Source: Chiloscyllium plagiosum
Taxonomy: Eukaryota
Reading direction: 5' to 3'
Length of the DNA stretch: 49,799 bases
Assembly: GCF_004010195.1 (NCBI RefSeq)
Contig: NC_057754.1
Span: 504,369 to 554,167, forward strand
Part shown: positions 12,215 through 25,399 of the stretch, piece by piece
Layout of the letters: each line of letters starts with the position of its first letter
Position numbering within the stretch: the first letter of the stretch is position 1
Translations under genes and position numbers: made by a program
Notes under the pieces: generated by a model
Told to the model about the DNA's origin: nothing
Seen by the model: the letters and a program-made list of their open reading frames with translations, nothing else
The model's database searches: none

Positions 12215-13360
12215 AAAACTTAAGAAAGAACACCAAAAATGAGAGCAGGAATAGGCCACCTGGCTCCTTGAGCCTGCTCCACCATTCATTAAGATCGTGG
12301 CTGATCTTATCGTCCACTTACCCGCCTGATCACCATAATCCTTAATTACTTTACTGTTCTAAAATCTATCTATTATTGCTTTAAAAATATTCAATAAGGT
12401 AGCGTCAACTGCTTTACTGGACAGGGAATTCCACAGATTCACAACCCTTTGGATGAAGAAATTCCTCCTAACTCAATCCTAAATCTGCTACGCTTATGCC
12501 CCCTAGTTCTAGTTCCACCCGCCAGTAGAAACAACCTCTTTTTATCTATTCCCTTCATAATTTTATATGTTTCTATAAGATCCCCCTTCATTCTTCTGAA
12601 TTCCAGTGAGTATAATCCCTGTCTGCTCAACATTTCCATGTAAGCCATCCCTCTTAACTCTGGAATCAATCTATTTAACCTCCTCTGCACTCCCTTCAGT
12701 ACCAATGCATCCTTTCTCAAGTAAGGAGATCAAAATTGTACACAGTACTCCAGGTGTGACCTCACCAGCACCCTATACAACTGCAGCATTATCTCCCTGT
12801 TTTTAACTCTATCCTTCCAGCTATGAAGGACAATATTCCATTTGCCTTTTTAATTACCTGCTACACCTGCAAACCAACTTTTTTTGAGATTCATGCACAA
12901 GGATGCCCAGGTCCATCTGCACAGCAACACACTGCATTTTTTCACCATTTAAATAATAGTCCATTTTGCTGTTATTCCTACCAAAATGGGTGACCTCACA
13001 TTTACGAACATTGTACACCATCTGCCAGAGCTTTGCCCTCTCATCTTAGTGTCATCTGCTAATTTTGACACACTATACTTGGACCCCAACTCCAAATCAT
13101 CTATGTAAATTGTAAACAATTGTGGTCCCAACACTGATCTCTGAGGCACACCACTAGCCATTGATCACCAACAAAAAAACAACCATTTATCCCCACTCTT
13201 TTCTGTTAGTTAATTAATCCTCTGTCCATGCTAACATATTACTTGTAACGCCATGCACCTTTATCTTATGCAGCTGCCTTTTGTGTGGCACCTTGTCGAA
13301 TGCCTTCTAGAAATCCAGAAACACCACATCAGCTGGTTCCCCCTTGTCCATTGTAATGTC
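12215..13360 (-). mobile_element. CR1 LINE fragment
   Basis: [49 protein letters not shown]. Confidence 0.9.
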
Positions 13361-14305
13361 CTCAAAACTGTCAACCTTACCAAGTAATCCAGGTTGGAGA
13401 GTGAGTGAGGCCCTGGTTTGTCCTAATCTTGAGCTGATTGGAGGTACAGGTGGGGGTAGGGGGAAGTTGAGGCTTTGCTGTTCCAGGCAATAATGTACCA
13501 AGTAGCTTGCTGGCTGACCCCTTAGGTTCCTGATACAGACAAAAACAGAAATCACTGGAAAAACTCAGCGGACTGGCAGCATCTGTGGAGAAAAAGCCTA
13601 GTTAATGTTTTGGATCCAGTGACCCTTCTTTAGAACTCCAATAGTGAGAACTACCAAAATGTTAACTTTTCTTTCCAGCACTTGCTCTTTTTGTGTCTGA
13701 TTTTCAGCATCTAGTTTTTTGTTTAGTGCCTAATAGGTATTTGATACGGCCTGGCTTTCTCATTGGTGGTGGGGTGGGTTGTTCAGCATGCTATGATGTT
13801 CATCCCCAAATTCTAACCCAAAAACAGAAAATCCCAGCTATGTTGTCAGTTGAGAGAAGATGACAAACATAGGCACAGTTTAGATGATTGCAAAGGATGC
13901 CATAGTAAAAATTTAAGAAAAACAATAAACTGCCCTGAAAAACTGTTCTCTTTCAACTAATCACCTCAAAAAACACACACCTTTCCCTTGTTACTAGCTT
14001 GTCAGTGCTTTGTTATTGTCTCTGCCCTAATTTAAAGTGTTCTGGAATGACCTGTGGGATGTCATAAGGTGTCATGCAAATGCTCATGATTTTCCTATTA
14101 CTGGTGAGAATGTGCAGCATGTTGGTGCTATGTAGTCCAGTTGTGAGGCTATTCTATATCAAGCATAGCAATAATGAGTTTAATGAATAAGAAAAGCTCA
14201 TGGTATCATTTTGAAATAAATAGTAGCCAGCGTCTTTTTTTAAAACTTTGTTCCTGTGAATTAGGCATTGCTGGCAAGATCAATATTTGTTGCCCAACTT
14301 TCATT

Positions 14306-14572
14306 CATAGAATAGAATCCTTATAGTGTGGAAGCAGGCCATTAGGTCCATTGGGTTCACACCGACTCTCCAAAAGGCATCCTGCCAGACCTAGCCCACT
14401 ACCCTATCCCTGTAACCCTGCATTTCCCTCAGCCTACACATCCCTAGACACTATGGACAATTAAGCATTGGCCAGTCCACCTAATATGCACATATTTGGA
14501 TTGTGGCAGGACACTGGAGCACCCAGAGGAAATCCACGGAGACACAAGGAGAATGTGCAAACTCCTTGCAGA
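14306..14572 (-). mobile_element. HE1-type SINE, 5' truncated
   Basis: Similar to the full copies at 26413 and 34548. Confidence 0.8.
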
Positions 14573-15326
14573 AAGTCATTGTTCATGAACTGAGTGGCTT
14601 GCTCAGCAATTTGAGAGGGCAGTTAAGAGTTAACCCATATTACTGTGGGCCAGGAGGCACATATAGGCCAGTCCAGGTAAAGATGGCAGGCATCCTTCCC
14701 TAAAGGTCCTTAGACAACCAGATGAGTTTTCCAATAATAGCTTCATGGTCACCATTTCCAAGACTAATTTTCACTTCTATATTTATGGAATTTAAATTGG
14801 TCCAGCTGCTGTGATGGGACTTGAGCTTGTATTTCCAGAGGATGTATCTGACCTTCTTGGTTACTAACATTATCACTATGCTAATACATGATAGAACTGA
14901 TGGTAATGGTGTACAAGTGCTAGCTTGGATATACTCCTCCAGCTTATCAGTAAAAGTGTTTACTAATCTGTTATAAATAGCAAGGTAATGCTGGGCTAAA
15001 ATTGGGGATCAATATGATTAATGACAGCGCAGGCTGTTTGATGTTTTTAAACATTGAGGTGAGGTAAATCATTTTCACTTTCAACATTTCCAAATCACCT
15101 TCCAGTCCCTATGATGTGGTGGGAAGTCAATTTGCTAAAACCCAATCAATCTTCAGAAATCTTGTTTTTGCTTCTATTTCAATGGAAATAACTTGCAGGT
15201 TTTTGGGAAACTACTTGATGCTATATTCAAGTATTAATTTATGCTAGGCAGTGGTGAAGCAGGGGCAGAGGAGGCATTCACAGCTGAAATTTTGTCAAGT
15301 ACAAAAGGGACTCCAAAGACACTAAC

Positions 15327-15448
15327 CAGCCGAAAAGACAAAGTAGACAGCGATATCCATAAGTTGGACCTTCTGGAGTGCACAACACAGGTATCGTCAA
15401 GGGACACACCGGAAATTGCCAGATGTCATCACAACGGGGGTCCAAGGG
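15327..15448 (-). CDS. SPINK-like gene A exon 3 (Kazal core, Cys I-V)
   Basis: Acceptor ctgttcatttcag|, donor TG|gttagt; CPLTIPVLCTPEGPTYGYRCLLC fits the Kazal signature C-x7-C-x6-Y-x3-C-x2-C. Confidence 0.9.
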
Positions 15449-15637
15449 CTGAAATGAACAGGCTGATAATATAAGCAACTAAAAAACATCAGCTATCTTT
15501 GAGAATAACAAAATAAACTCAAAATGGGATCATAAGAAACAGCCTACTGATGGTAAGGGGAAAAAGTATAGTTGGTGGGGCTACTGTAATTTTCAGTCTC
15601 TTTTAACAAGCAAGCAGATTTAAGCTTAAAACCTCAC

Positions 15638-15672
15638 CAGATTGGCATCCACAGAAGAAATCCAAAGTAGAC
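15638..15672 (-). CDS. SPINK-like gene A exon 2 (35 nt, (G)LLWISSVDANL)
   Basis: Acceptor ctgcctttttcag|, donor |gtgagg, phase 1-0, same size as gene B exon 2. Confidence 0.85.
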
Positions 15673-16208
15673 CTGAAAAAGGCAGACACACACAATTATC
15701 ACAAAGTCTAAATAGTACGAAGATCTGTAGTAAATAATTTGTTTACTGAGAAAGGAAACATTTTGAAATTATGGGGATTCCTACTTAATTCAAATTAGAT
15801 CTTTTAATAAATTGGATTGTTCAAATGATTTCAGTTGAAGATTATTGATTGTATTTACTCACGATTACAATAAACAATCAATAAAGACAATTAGCAGTTC
15901 TCTTCAACAAATCCTGATTATGACTGTTGACTATTACATTGTTGCATTAATGGAATGGAAGATCTGAATTTGTTTTCTGCTGATGGACATTTAAATTTTA
16001 TCAATGCTAACCTATCTATTCCCTTCAGATAAATTCACAGTGACAGTGCAGGTCCTTTTAAAATACCACCACTCAGATCAAACCTTTTATTAAAGGTAGA
16101 ACATTAGTTCAGTTAGAATTCACATTTATAAGAATTCTCTCTTTGATATCCCAGTGTTCTACAAATATCAAACAAAAATCAAAAAATATAATCATAAGTA
16201 TTACCCAC

Positions 16209-16263
16209 CAGTGAAAATGAGAACCACAATCGTGATAATGAGAGAGATTCCATGTATCTTCAT
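16209..16263 (-). CDS. SPINK-like gene A exon 1 (signal peptide MKIHGISLIITIVVLIFT-G), 55 nt coding
   Basis: cttcacaATGAAG start context, hydrophobic stretch, donor G|gtgggt; same length and start context as gene B exon 1. Confidence 0.88.
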
Positions 16264-18293
16264 TGTGAAGTTGCTGAATATGAGTTAAACAGTGTAGCTA
16301 TACATCCTCTTCCAGTTTACAGTATTACCATTGACATCCTGAAAGTCCCTGGATTGGACTAAATAAGTGACTAAATAATGGTTTTCAAAAGTTTTTATTT
16401 GATTTCAATAAGTGATTCTAGCAACAGTAGCATGTTAAAACAGCACCTTTAATCTCGGCCTTGGCTCTGTATACAGACCAGAATAAGGAGATGAATATTG
16501 GCATCAAAGGTTCTTTATGGAGTGAGTTTCAGGCTTATCATTAATTTTGCAAACCAAACAATATATGTTTTTAAAATTCCATCATTGAGCAGTTATATTT
16601 CCGTCAGAGAAACAAGAATGTTTGTTGTAGACTGTATCTCCTTAATCTGTCAGCAGCCTTTCTCATAGTTGGCCATACAATTCATCCCCCAGCGGTTCAC
16701 CTCTATCGTCTGGCTGGTTGGGACTTCACTTGTCAAGTTCCATTCTTATTTATCATGTTGTAGCCAGAAAATTATCAGAAACAACTTCACTTCATCAGCA
16801 TTAGCAGCAATACCTCTGGAACACTTCAAAGATCTACCCTCAGTGTCCTTATATTTCATAAGTAAACCATCCAGCCCACTCTGTCATTCTATCTGATCTT
16901 CCATCTCTACTACATTCTCTCTCACTAGCTCCACATCTGTCATTCCCAACTACCCAACTATATGTTGATCTCTGACTTGAAAATACTCAGTACAAATAGA
17001 TTATTGATTTCTGACTTGAATATACTCAACACCAACAGATTATGGATATATAACATCTTTAATGCAATTAAATGTCTCAAGGTTCTTTACAGGACCCAAG
17101 TATTTCATATGCCAGTGAAGAAAATATACAGCAGGTGACCAAAACCCTGGTCAAAGAGGTAGGTTTTGTGGACTGTCTTAAAGGGAGAAAGTGGAATTGG
17201 TAGATAGATGACAGATGTAAGGAGAATTTTCCAGAATTGAGGACTGAGCCAACTGAAGGCATGGAGTGATTAAAATTCACTTCAAAAGTAGAAGAATGCA
17301 GATGAGTGGAAGGGTTGAAAGGGTTTGGAAGAGATTACAAATAAAGGAGTGCTGAAGCTGTGGTGTAATTTGCAAACAAAGATGAGAATTTTAAAATCAA
17401 GCTATTGCTTTGCCAGCAATCAGTGTAGGTCAGGGAGGACAAGGATCATAGGGGAATGGGATTGATGTTGTGTTAAGACATCATCAGCAGAGTTTTTGAT
17501 AAACTCAGGTTTATAACTGGTGTTATTTGGGAGATTAGCCTGCTACGAATGCAAACGAGTAGTCAAGAATAGGGATACTGAGAGCAGGTATGAGTGTTTC
17601 ATGTATGAGAGTTGCTTTCTCAAAAAATGGTGAATTTGTGGAATTCATTACCACAGAGGGATATCAAGGCTGGGTCATTAAGTATATTAAAGACTGAGAT
17701 AGACAGATTTTTAATCATTGAGGGAAACAATGATTTTAGTGATAAGACAAGAGTTGAGGAATATTAGATCAGTCACAATCTCATTGAATGGCAGAGTGGA
17801 CTCGTTGGGCTAAATGGCCTACTTCTATTCCTATATCTTACAATTAAGGATTTAAATATGCTACTGTTCTGAGCACTCTGTCTATTCATTAATCTAAATA
17901 TAATTCCCAAAATATGGATCTGAGATTTTCCCCTTTGTGTGGGAGACAGCTAACAAACAATCCCGACTGTTGAGTTTACACACAGGACTACATGCTAATG
18001 ATAGTCAATGCACAACGAATATCTTACACCATTAAGCACCTTTACACTGGCTGCTAGCTTGCCACAGACTGCTGACTAGTCAGAGGTCAGGACACGCTAA
18101 ATGCTATGGACAATCATTTGTGACCCAGCATCAATCAAGTTTTCTTTTCCTTCTTATCATGGTGTGGGGGTGTCAAGGGGAAAGGGGGTTTGGAGGCAAA
18201 GGTGTGAGTTTGCTTTCAGAGGCCATCCCTTTGCCCACCATCTATATCTCTGTTTTCCCCCCACATTGGAGTAATTGACACTTGCCCTCCCAC

Positions 18294-18883
18294 CTGGGAG
18301 GTCATGTTGCGGCTGTACAGGACATTGGTTAGGCCACTTTTGGAATATTGCATGCAATTCTGGTTTCCTTCCTATTGGAAGGATGTTGTGAAACCTGAGA
18401 GGGTTCAGAAAAGATTTACAAGAATGTTGCTAAGATTAGAGGATTTGAGCTATAGGAAGAGGTTGAATAAGCTAGGGCTGTTTTACCTGGAGCTTCACAG
18501 GCTGAGGGGTGACCTTATAGAGGTTTCTAAAATCATGAGGGGCATGGCTAGGGTAAATAGACAAAGTCTTTTCCCTGGGGTGAGGGAGTCCAGATCTAGA
18601 GGGCGTAAGTTTAGGATGAGAGGGGAAAGATATAAAAGAGACCTAAGGGGCAACTTTTTCACACAGAAGATGGTACGTCTATGGAATGAGCTGCCAGAGG
18701 AAGTGGCGGAGGCTGGTACAATTGCTACATTTAAAAGGCATCTGGATGGGTATATGAATAGGAAGGGTTTGGAGGAATATGGGTGGGTGTTGACAGGTGG
18801 GACTAGATTGGGTTGGGATATCTGGTCGGCATGGACAAGTTGGACCGAAGAGTCTGTTTCCATGCTGTACATCTCTATGACTC
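18294..18883 (+). mobile_element. CR1 LINE 3' fragment
   Basis: LYRTLVRPLLEYCMQFW..RLRGDLIEV..FFTQKMVRLWNELP. Confidence 0.92.
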
Positions 18884-19249
18884 TACCCCCAAACAGAGCA
18901 GACATTTCATCCTTGGTTTATCTGTTGGGAAACCAGCTACCTTTCTTGCCCGCTGGGGAGATGGTGAATTGCTGACCTTCTGTAGTCATTAGTAGTCCAT
19001 TTAACAGCCTTAATTGCTAGTAAGTCAAGAACATCACCCATGGAGCTTTTTTTGAGCTGTTTTTAATAGACTCATGAGATGTGGGCATTGCTAGCTGCAC
19101 CAGCATTTTTTGCCCATGCCTACTTGACCTTAAGAAGGTGAGCTGCATTCTTCTTCCACTGGAGTCCATGTGGTGTAGGTAAGCCCACAATGTTATAGGC
19201 TGTAGTTTCTGGTAAATGGTAACACCTAGAATGTTGCTATTCCTTAGAC

Positions 19250-20130
19250 TCACTTCCAGTCACAGCTGACAATATCAGACTTTGGATACAGAAAGATCCA
19301 GTCCCGGCAAAACTGAAACAGCTGGTTGTAATGTGGGAAACCAAAAGACTGTCACAACCAGAATTGAAACTTTTTGGACTCGGAGAGGCTAGATCACAGT
19401 AGAGAAAGGCAAATTATTTTGGGGACCAAGAGTGATTGTCCCAAGCAAAGGTCACTGCCAGATACTGGCTGCACTCCACCAGGGTGATCCAGGGGTTTCC
19501 AAAACAAAGATGTTGGCGAGAAGTTATGTCTGGTGGCCAGGTTTGGTTGCAGACATAGCTGCAGTGTGGGGCAGTGCCCAGAGTGCCAAAAAGGACAAAA
19601 ATTGCCACCAGCTGCTCCGCACATTTGTGGGAATGGATGGGTAAATCTTGGATTCTGTTACACATCAACTATTTAGGGTCCTTTCATGGGCTCAATGTTC
19701 TAAGTCATTGTGGACGCCCACTCAAAATGGCTGGACATGCATAGAGTTCTTTAATCAAACATGGGCATAATGATAGAAAAACTGCACATATATTTTGCAA
19801 GACATAGACTACCGGAAGTGTTGATCTTCCGATAATGAACTATCATTTAACAGCAGGGAATTCGAGAATTTCCTAAAGTTGAATGGTGGTTGTCATATAA
19901 GGACATCCATATCAGCCATTATTCAATGGTCTGGCCGTAAGTCGTACAAACTTTGAAAACAGGTTTAAAGAAACAGCCTACAGCTTTACTAGATATGAAA
20001 CTGTCCAGATTCCTATTTGATTACAAGACCACCCCTCATGCAACTATAGGGATAGCTCCAGCAGAGTTGCTAATGGGAAGAAAAGTCTGCACTAGGTTAA
20101 ATCTGATCTTCTTGGACTTGATGGAGGTGG
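19250..20130 (+). mobile_element. Ty3/Gypsy LTR retrotransposon integrase remnant
   Basis: LHQGDPGVSKTKMLARSYVWWPGL (Zn-binding region), VIVDAHSKWL, LSRFLFDYKTTPHATIGIAPAELLMGR; frameshifted. Confidence 0.88.
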
Positions 20131-20224
20131 GTTGACTTGTCACTTTCCAGTCCAAGTTTGGATATTGTCCAGATGTTGCAGCATTTGGATATGGACTGCT
20201 TCAGTGTCCTATTGCTCAGCATTT

Positions 20225-20488
20225 ATAGTCATAGAGTCATACAGCACGGAAACAGACACTTTGGTCCAACCAGTACATGCTGAACATAATCCCAAGCTAA
20301 ACTAGTCCCACCTGCCTATTCCTGGCTCATATCCCTCCAAAGCTTTCCTGTTCATATATCCATCCAAATGTCTTTTAAACCTTGTATTTGTACCTGCATC
20401 CACCACTTCCTCAGGAAGTTCATTCCACACGCGAACCACCCTCTGTGTAAACATTTGCCTCTTATGTCTGTTTTAAATCTCTCTCCTT
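20225..20488 (-). mobile_element. CR1 LINE 3' end
   Basis: Reverse complement of the CR1 tail seen at 4260-4530. Confidence 0.8.
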
Positions 20489-21828
20489 AAAAAAAAGGGA
20501 CAGTTCATCTCCTGGCCCAATTATTCCCCTTCTTACATCCTTTGCCACCTTCAGGAATGAGAAAACTCCACCCCCAGTTTTGATACATTTCTCTTACTCT
20601 TTTTATGTGACATTGTGCAATCAACTGTGTAACAATCAAACTTAATGAGCTTGTTCCTTATCAATAACTTTAATGTTACCAGGTTATTCTTAAATAATTT
20701 CACTCTTGTTATATATCATTGCTAATTCACCAAATAAAACCTCTTAATAAATAAATCTTTGATTCATTGCCATTTTGTACCAGTCAATCTGGACATTTTC
20801 TTTTAAATTATTAGATTTCTGGCACTTCTTATCAACTCATTAAAGTTGTCTAAGATATTTGTGTCAATGTGCACTGGCATGTCATTTCATTCAATTTACT
20901 GAAGTGGCTATGCCTTTAAAGTCAGTCCTGGTATAAAATTTTAAATTAACAAACCTTACCTTAACAGACAAAAGCTAAATATTCTATATATGGTGAGAAA
21001 TCAATATGTCAGTGATAATTTAGCAAGCTTCAGAACCCTTTCATTAACCCTTTCTTTACATTGGTTTTGCATTTTTACTTTATTTCCAATTCACCAATGA
21101 CATCAAGATTTGAACAAAAATGTTTTCCTCATAACAGCTTCACTTCAGTTACTTTCTTTCCCACGATGGTGTGTTGAATGATTTCCACAGTGCTGGATGT
21201 TACTGATTAAGCCTGAATGAGATTGAGAATACCTGTCAATCTATGATCATCTTGTGACTCTCTTGCTAAATGAAGAAAAACAGTTCCTTTTAAATTTCTG
21301 ACAAGCTGAATGTCTGTTGGCTAAGGAATTCAGTGAATGTATAGAGGACCATGTTTTTGTTCCCTGGGTTTTAGTGAAATGATCCAGCATTTAAAATCAA
21401 AATATTGTGGATGCTCAAAATCTGAAACTAACACCAAAAGTGCTGCAGAAGCTCAGTAGGTCTGGCACCATTTGTGGAGAGAGAAATCGAGTTAATGTTT
21501 TGAATCCAATATGGTCTTTGGTGTTTTAGAGAAAAGTCATATCAGATATTAAATGTTAACTGTCTTTCTCTCTCCGCAGCTGCTGCCAGGCCTGAGTTTC
21601 TTCAGTATGTTCTGTATTTGTTTTAGACTAAGTTATTCATTAATCTGTTCTGTGTTGTTTGTGTTTCATTTGGTAAATTTGTAAATAAATTCTGTTTTGT
21701 TTAAATCTAAGCGGGTTGACCAAATGCATCACTTCTGGAATATCCGTATCTGCAAAGTTAGTGTCCAGGTTACTTTCTTAAAATGTTGTGAGGGGGTTTG
21801 GCCTGGTCCATAGCAGTAGCCAAGCTGT

Positions 21829-22564
21829 AGATTAAATAGATAGATAGATGGATAGATAGATAGATAGATAACTTACAGTGTGGAAACAGGCCCTTCGGCC
21901 CAACAAGTCCACACCGACCCTCCAAAGAGCAACCCACCCAGACCCATTCCCTGACATTGCTCCGAAGAGCAACCCACCCAGACCCATTCCCCGACAATCG
22001 AGGCCAATTCCTGGAATGGCAGGATTACCTTACACTGAAAGACTGAAGCGACTGGGCTTGTATACCCTTGAGTTTCGAAGACTGAGAGGGGATCTGATTG
22101 AGACGTATAAGATTATGAAAAGATTGGACAGTCTGGCAGTAGGAAACATATTTCCACTGATGGATGAGTGCCGAACCAGAGGACACAACTTAAAAATACG
22201 GGGTAGACCATTTAGGACAGAGCTCAGGAGAAACTTCTTCACCCAGAGAGTGGTGGCTGTGTGGAATGCTCTGCCCCAGAGGGCAGTGGAGGCCCACTCT
22301 CTGGATTCATTTAAGAAAGAGTTGGATAGAGCTCTCAAAGATAGTGGAATCAAGGGTTATGGAGATAAGGCAGGAACAGGATACTGATTAGGAATGATCA
22401 GCCATGATTATATTGAATGGCGGTGCAGGCCCGAAGGGCTGAATGGCCTACTCCTGCACCTATTGTCTATTGTCTACCCCTTCACCTAACACGATGGGCA
22501 ATTTAGAATGGCCAATTCACCTAACCTGCACATTTTTGGATTGTGGGAGGAAACCGGAGCACCC
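21829..22564 (-). mobile_element. HE1-type SINE with (TATC)n tail, split by a plus-strand CR1 3' fragment (~22000-22476)
   Basis: SINE 3' part 21829-21991 (with a 32-bp internal duplication) resumes at 22477; the CR1 piece has an open C-terminus (LEFRRLRGDLIETYKIM..FFTQRVVAVWNALP). Confidence 0.85.
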
Positions 22565-23714
22565 AAATGTTAAACCAGTGTCAGCAGCCAAGTCTTAATA
22601 CAGAGTCCTGTACAGTAGCATATTCCTCATGGTTTGGGAAATCACATTTCAACAAATTTCCACAAGCTGAAACAAACTCAGTGAAAGCCAAGGGTGGGGA
22701 TGATAGAGATTGGGCCTTTTTTTCATTTTTATTCACTCATGCGATATGGGCATCAGGGGTTGGCTAGCATTTTATTGCCTGACCCTGGTTACTCTTGAAA
22801 AGGTGCCAGTGAGATGCCTTATTGAACTGCTACTGTCCACAGATGACATTCAATTTGCAACTCACAGCTTGTTGTTTGAGCTTAAATGCACCTAGTTCTA
22901 GAGGCAGAGGTGCATAATCAGTGGAGGAGAGGACGCTGGGGGAGAAGGGCCAAAGGATGACCAAGATTTGAGCTGTAGGGGAAAGAGAGTGCCAGGCCTG
23001 GGAATATCCTAGCCAAAACATTACAGGCTCAGGCTCTTGGACTTTGGCAAACAGAAAATACGTGATATCTGAAACACGTGGCTCAGCAATGTGTGGATCA
23101 ACGTACAGCACGTAGACTGCAGCGGCAATAAATGCTGGCCTGCCAGAAACGCCCACATCCCACGAGAGAATTTTTAAAAAATCATTATTAACACTACTGT
23201 CACAGGACACACTGTACTTTGTTTCACCAAAACATTACTGCATGTACTCTGAACCCTAAATAATGTCTAACTGATTGGCAACTCTGTACAAACTTTTCCT
23301 TCAGCATCAGGGGTTGGCTAGTGTATTTTGTAAATGCATAATGTATTTTGATGTAGTTTTTCTGGGCCATCTTGGAACAAGATAATGTTCTATTATGAGT
23401 GCTCCTCATATAATCTCAGGCCAGACTAATAGGTTGCTTTCAAATTATAGTTATTAACAAATTTTGTGTGTCGTCATAGAATATAGAACAATACAACGCA
23501 GAACAGGCCCTTCAGCCCTCAATGTTGCGCTGACCTGTGAAGTAATCTAAGCTCATCCTCCTCCACTATTCCATCATTATCAATGTGCTTATCCAAGGAT
23601 TCTTTAAATCTCAGTGATGTTAAAAAGAATCAAGATCTGTGCTGTACAGGCTTCACCTCCTGGCAAAAGCATGTCATGTGACAGGTCACAGTCACATCAC
23701 AGGTTACTACATCT

Positions 23715-24773
23715 CATAGAGTCATAGAGGTGTACAACATGGAAACAGACCCTTCTGTCCAACTCGTCCATGCCAACCAGATATTCTACCTAATTTAATC
23801 CCATTTGCCAGCACTTGGCCCATATCCCTGCAAACCTTTCCTACTCATATACCCATCCAAATGCCTTTTAAATGTTGTAATTGTACCAGCCTTCACCCCT
23901 CCCCCTCCCTTCCACTCCTCACTGCCACCAACTGGATTTACTCCTCCCATTGACCAACCAGGTCGTACCCTCTACCTGTCTTTATCTATCCCCTCTTCAC
24001 CACCTGCCCTCCGCCACCCTCTTTATCTGCAGCTCCGCCTACACCCAGCCTCAGTCCTGAAGAAGGGTTACACCTGAAATGTCGATTTCTCCACTTCCTG
24101 TCTGGCTTGCTGTCTGGCTTGCTGTGTTCTTCCCAACTTCCTGCCTGTCTACTTTGGATTCCAGCATCTGCAGTTTTTGTTGTCTCCACCACTTCCTCTG
24201 GAAACTCATTCCAAGTATGCACCACACTGTGCGTGCAAAGGTTGCCCCTTAGATCCCTTTTAAATTTTTCCCTTCTCACCCTAAGCCTACGCTCTCTAAT
24301 TCTGGACTCCCCCACCCCAGGGAAAAGACCTTGCCTATTTATCCTATCCATGCCCTCATGATTTTATACACCTCTATTAGGTCACCCCTCAACCTCGACG
24401 CTCCGGGGAAACAACCCCAGCCTATTCAGCCTCTCCCTGTAGCTCAAATCCTCCAACTCTGGCAACATCCTTGTAAATCTTTTCTGAACCCTTTCAAGTT
24501 CACAAAATCCTTCCAATAGGAGGGAAACCAGAATTGCACACAGTATTCCAAAAGTGGCCTAACCAATGTCCCAACTCCTATACTCAGTGCTCTGTCCAAT
24601 AAAGGAAACCATATCAAATACCTTCTTCACTATCCTATCTACCTGCAACTCCACTTTAAAGGAACTCTGAACCTGCACTCCAAAGTCTCTTTGTGCAGCA
24701 ACACTCCCCAGGACCTTAACATTAAGTGCATAAGTCCTGCTCTGATTTGCCTTTCCAAAATGCAGCACCTCAC
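23715..24773 (-). mobile_element. CR1 LINE 3' portion with a nested Penelope 3' fragment (~23897-24184, plus)
   Basis: LHFGKANQSRTY..; nested piece contains CTGAAGAagggttacacctGAAA. Confidence 0.85.
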
Positions 24774-25399
24774 GTTGAGAGAACATTATCTCTCCCAAAG
24801 TATTTTATCAGTTTCCAATATTGTTAACTATAAGTATTTTCTTAACATTATTGAATGAAACATTTGTCTATAAGTGTTCCTATTTAACTGAATGTATTTC
24901 CAGCTTCAACATCTCTGCGATTTGGCCATTTAGAGTGGTGTCAGAGGGCAGTGGCTTGAAGGCTAGACAGAACAACAATTTCAGCACCTGAAACATAAAG
25001 ATTGGAATTATTAATGAATCGCAAAGTTTGTAATAGAAAGGGCAAGTGGTCAGTGGGCTGTCACATTAGGATGAAAATAGGTAGGTACTTATTGATATAC
25101 CACTTCTGCTTGACTGAACACTGGGTAGTTTTATCTCTTTTATTATGTCTTCTGTTGAAGAGAAGGTCTGACAATGAAAGGCTGTCAGTGTTGAAGTTGC
25201 ACCAATTCAAATTCACTTTAAAGGATCCATCCAAGAACTGCAAAGAATCAGAATTGCTGCTTACAGTGAAAGATTTGTCAGGACTGTAGAGAATGTATCT
25301 GAAGTTACTGATAAAAAGACAACATAAGAGGAATTGCAATGTTAATTGTTTCAGATATAAATCTCAGACACGAGCTAAAGAATTTTCTGAGCTCACATG

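Larger units (their letters stand above)
7054..16263 (-). other. SPINK-like gene A (divergent single-domain Kazal inhibitor), 4 coding exons: join(16263-16209,15672-15638,15448-15327,7132-7054), 96 aa
   Basis: Spliced product MKIHGISLIITIVVLIFTGLLWISSVDANLPLDPRCDDIWQFPVCPLTIPVLCTPEGPTYGYRCLLCLFGWLNDTDTTGLLDRSCLTDNPNWSITF*. All introns GT-AG, phases 1/0/2 as in vertebrate SPINK genes; six Cys at Kazal spacing. Confidence 0.85.

Noticed and set aside
15081..15108. Nearby alternative exon 4 for gene A ((W)DWKVIWKC*)
   Set aside because: Poor polypyrimidine tract; Cys V-VI spacing of 11 rather than 17.
15241..15474. Plus-strand 77-aa ORF
   Set aside because: Antisense shadow of the Kazal exon; no recognisable domain.
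21233..21265. 33-nt AG/GT-bounded segment resembling a SPINK exon 2 of a third gene
   Set aside because: Phase is not 1-0, and no matching exon 1, 3 or 4 was found nearby.
25061..25339. 92-aa minus-strand ORF with a plausible acceptor
   Set aside because: No recognisable motif, weak donor, no partner exons found.
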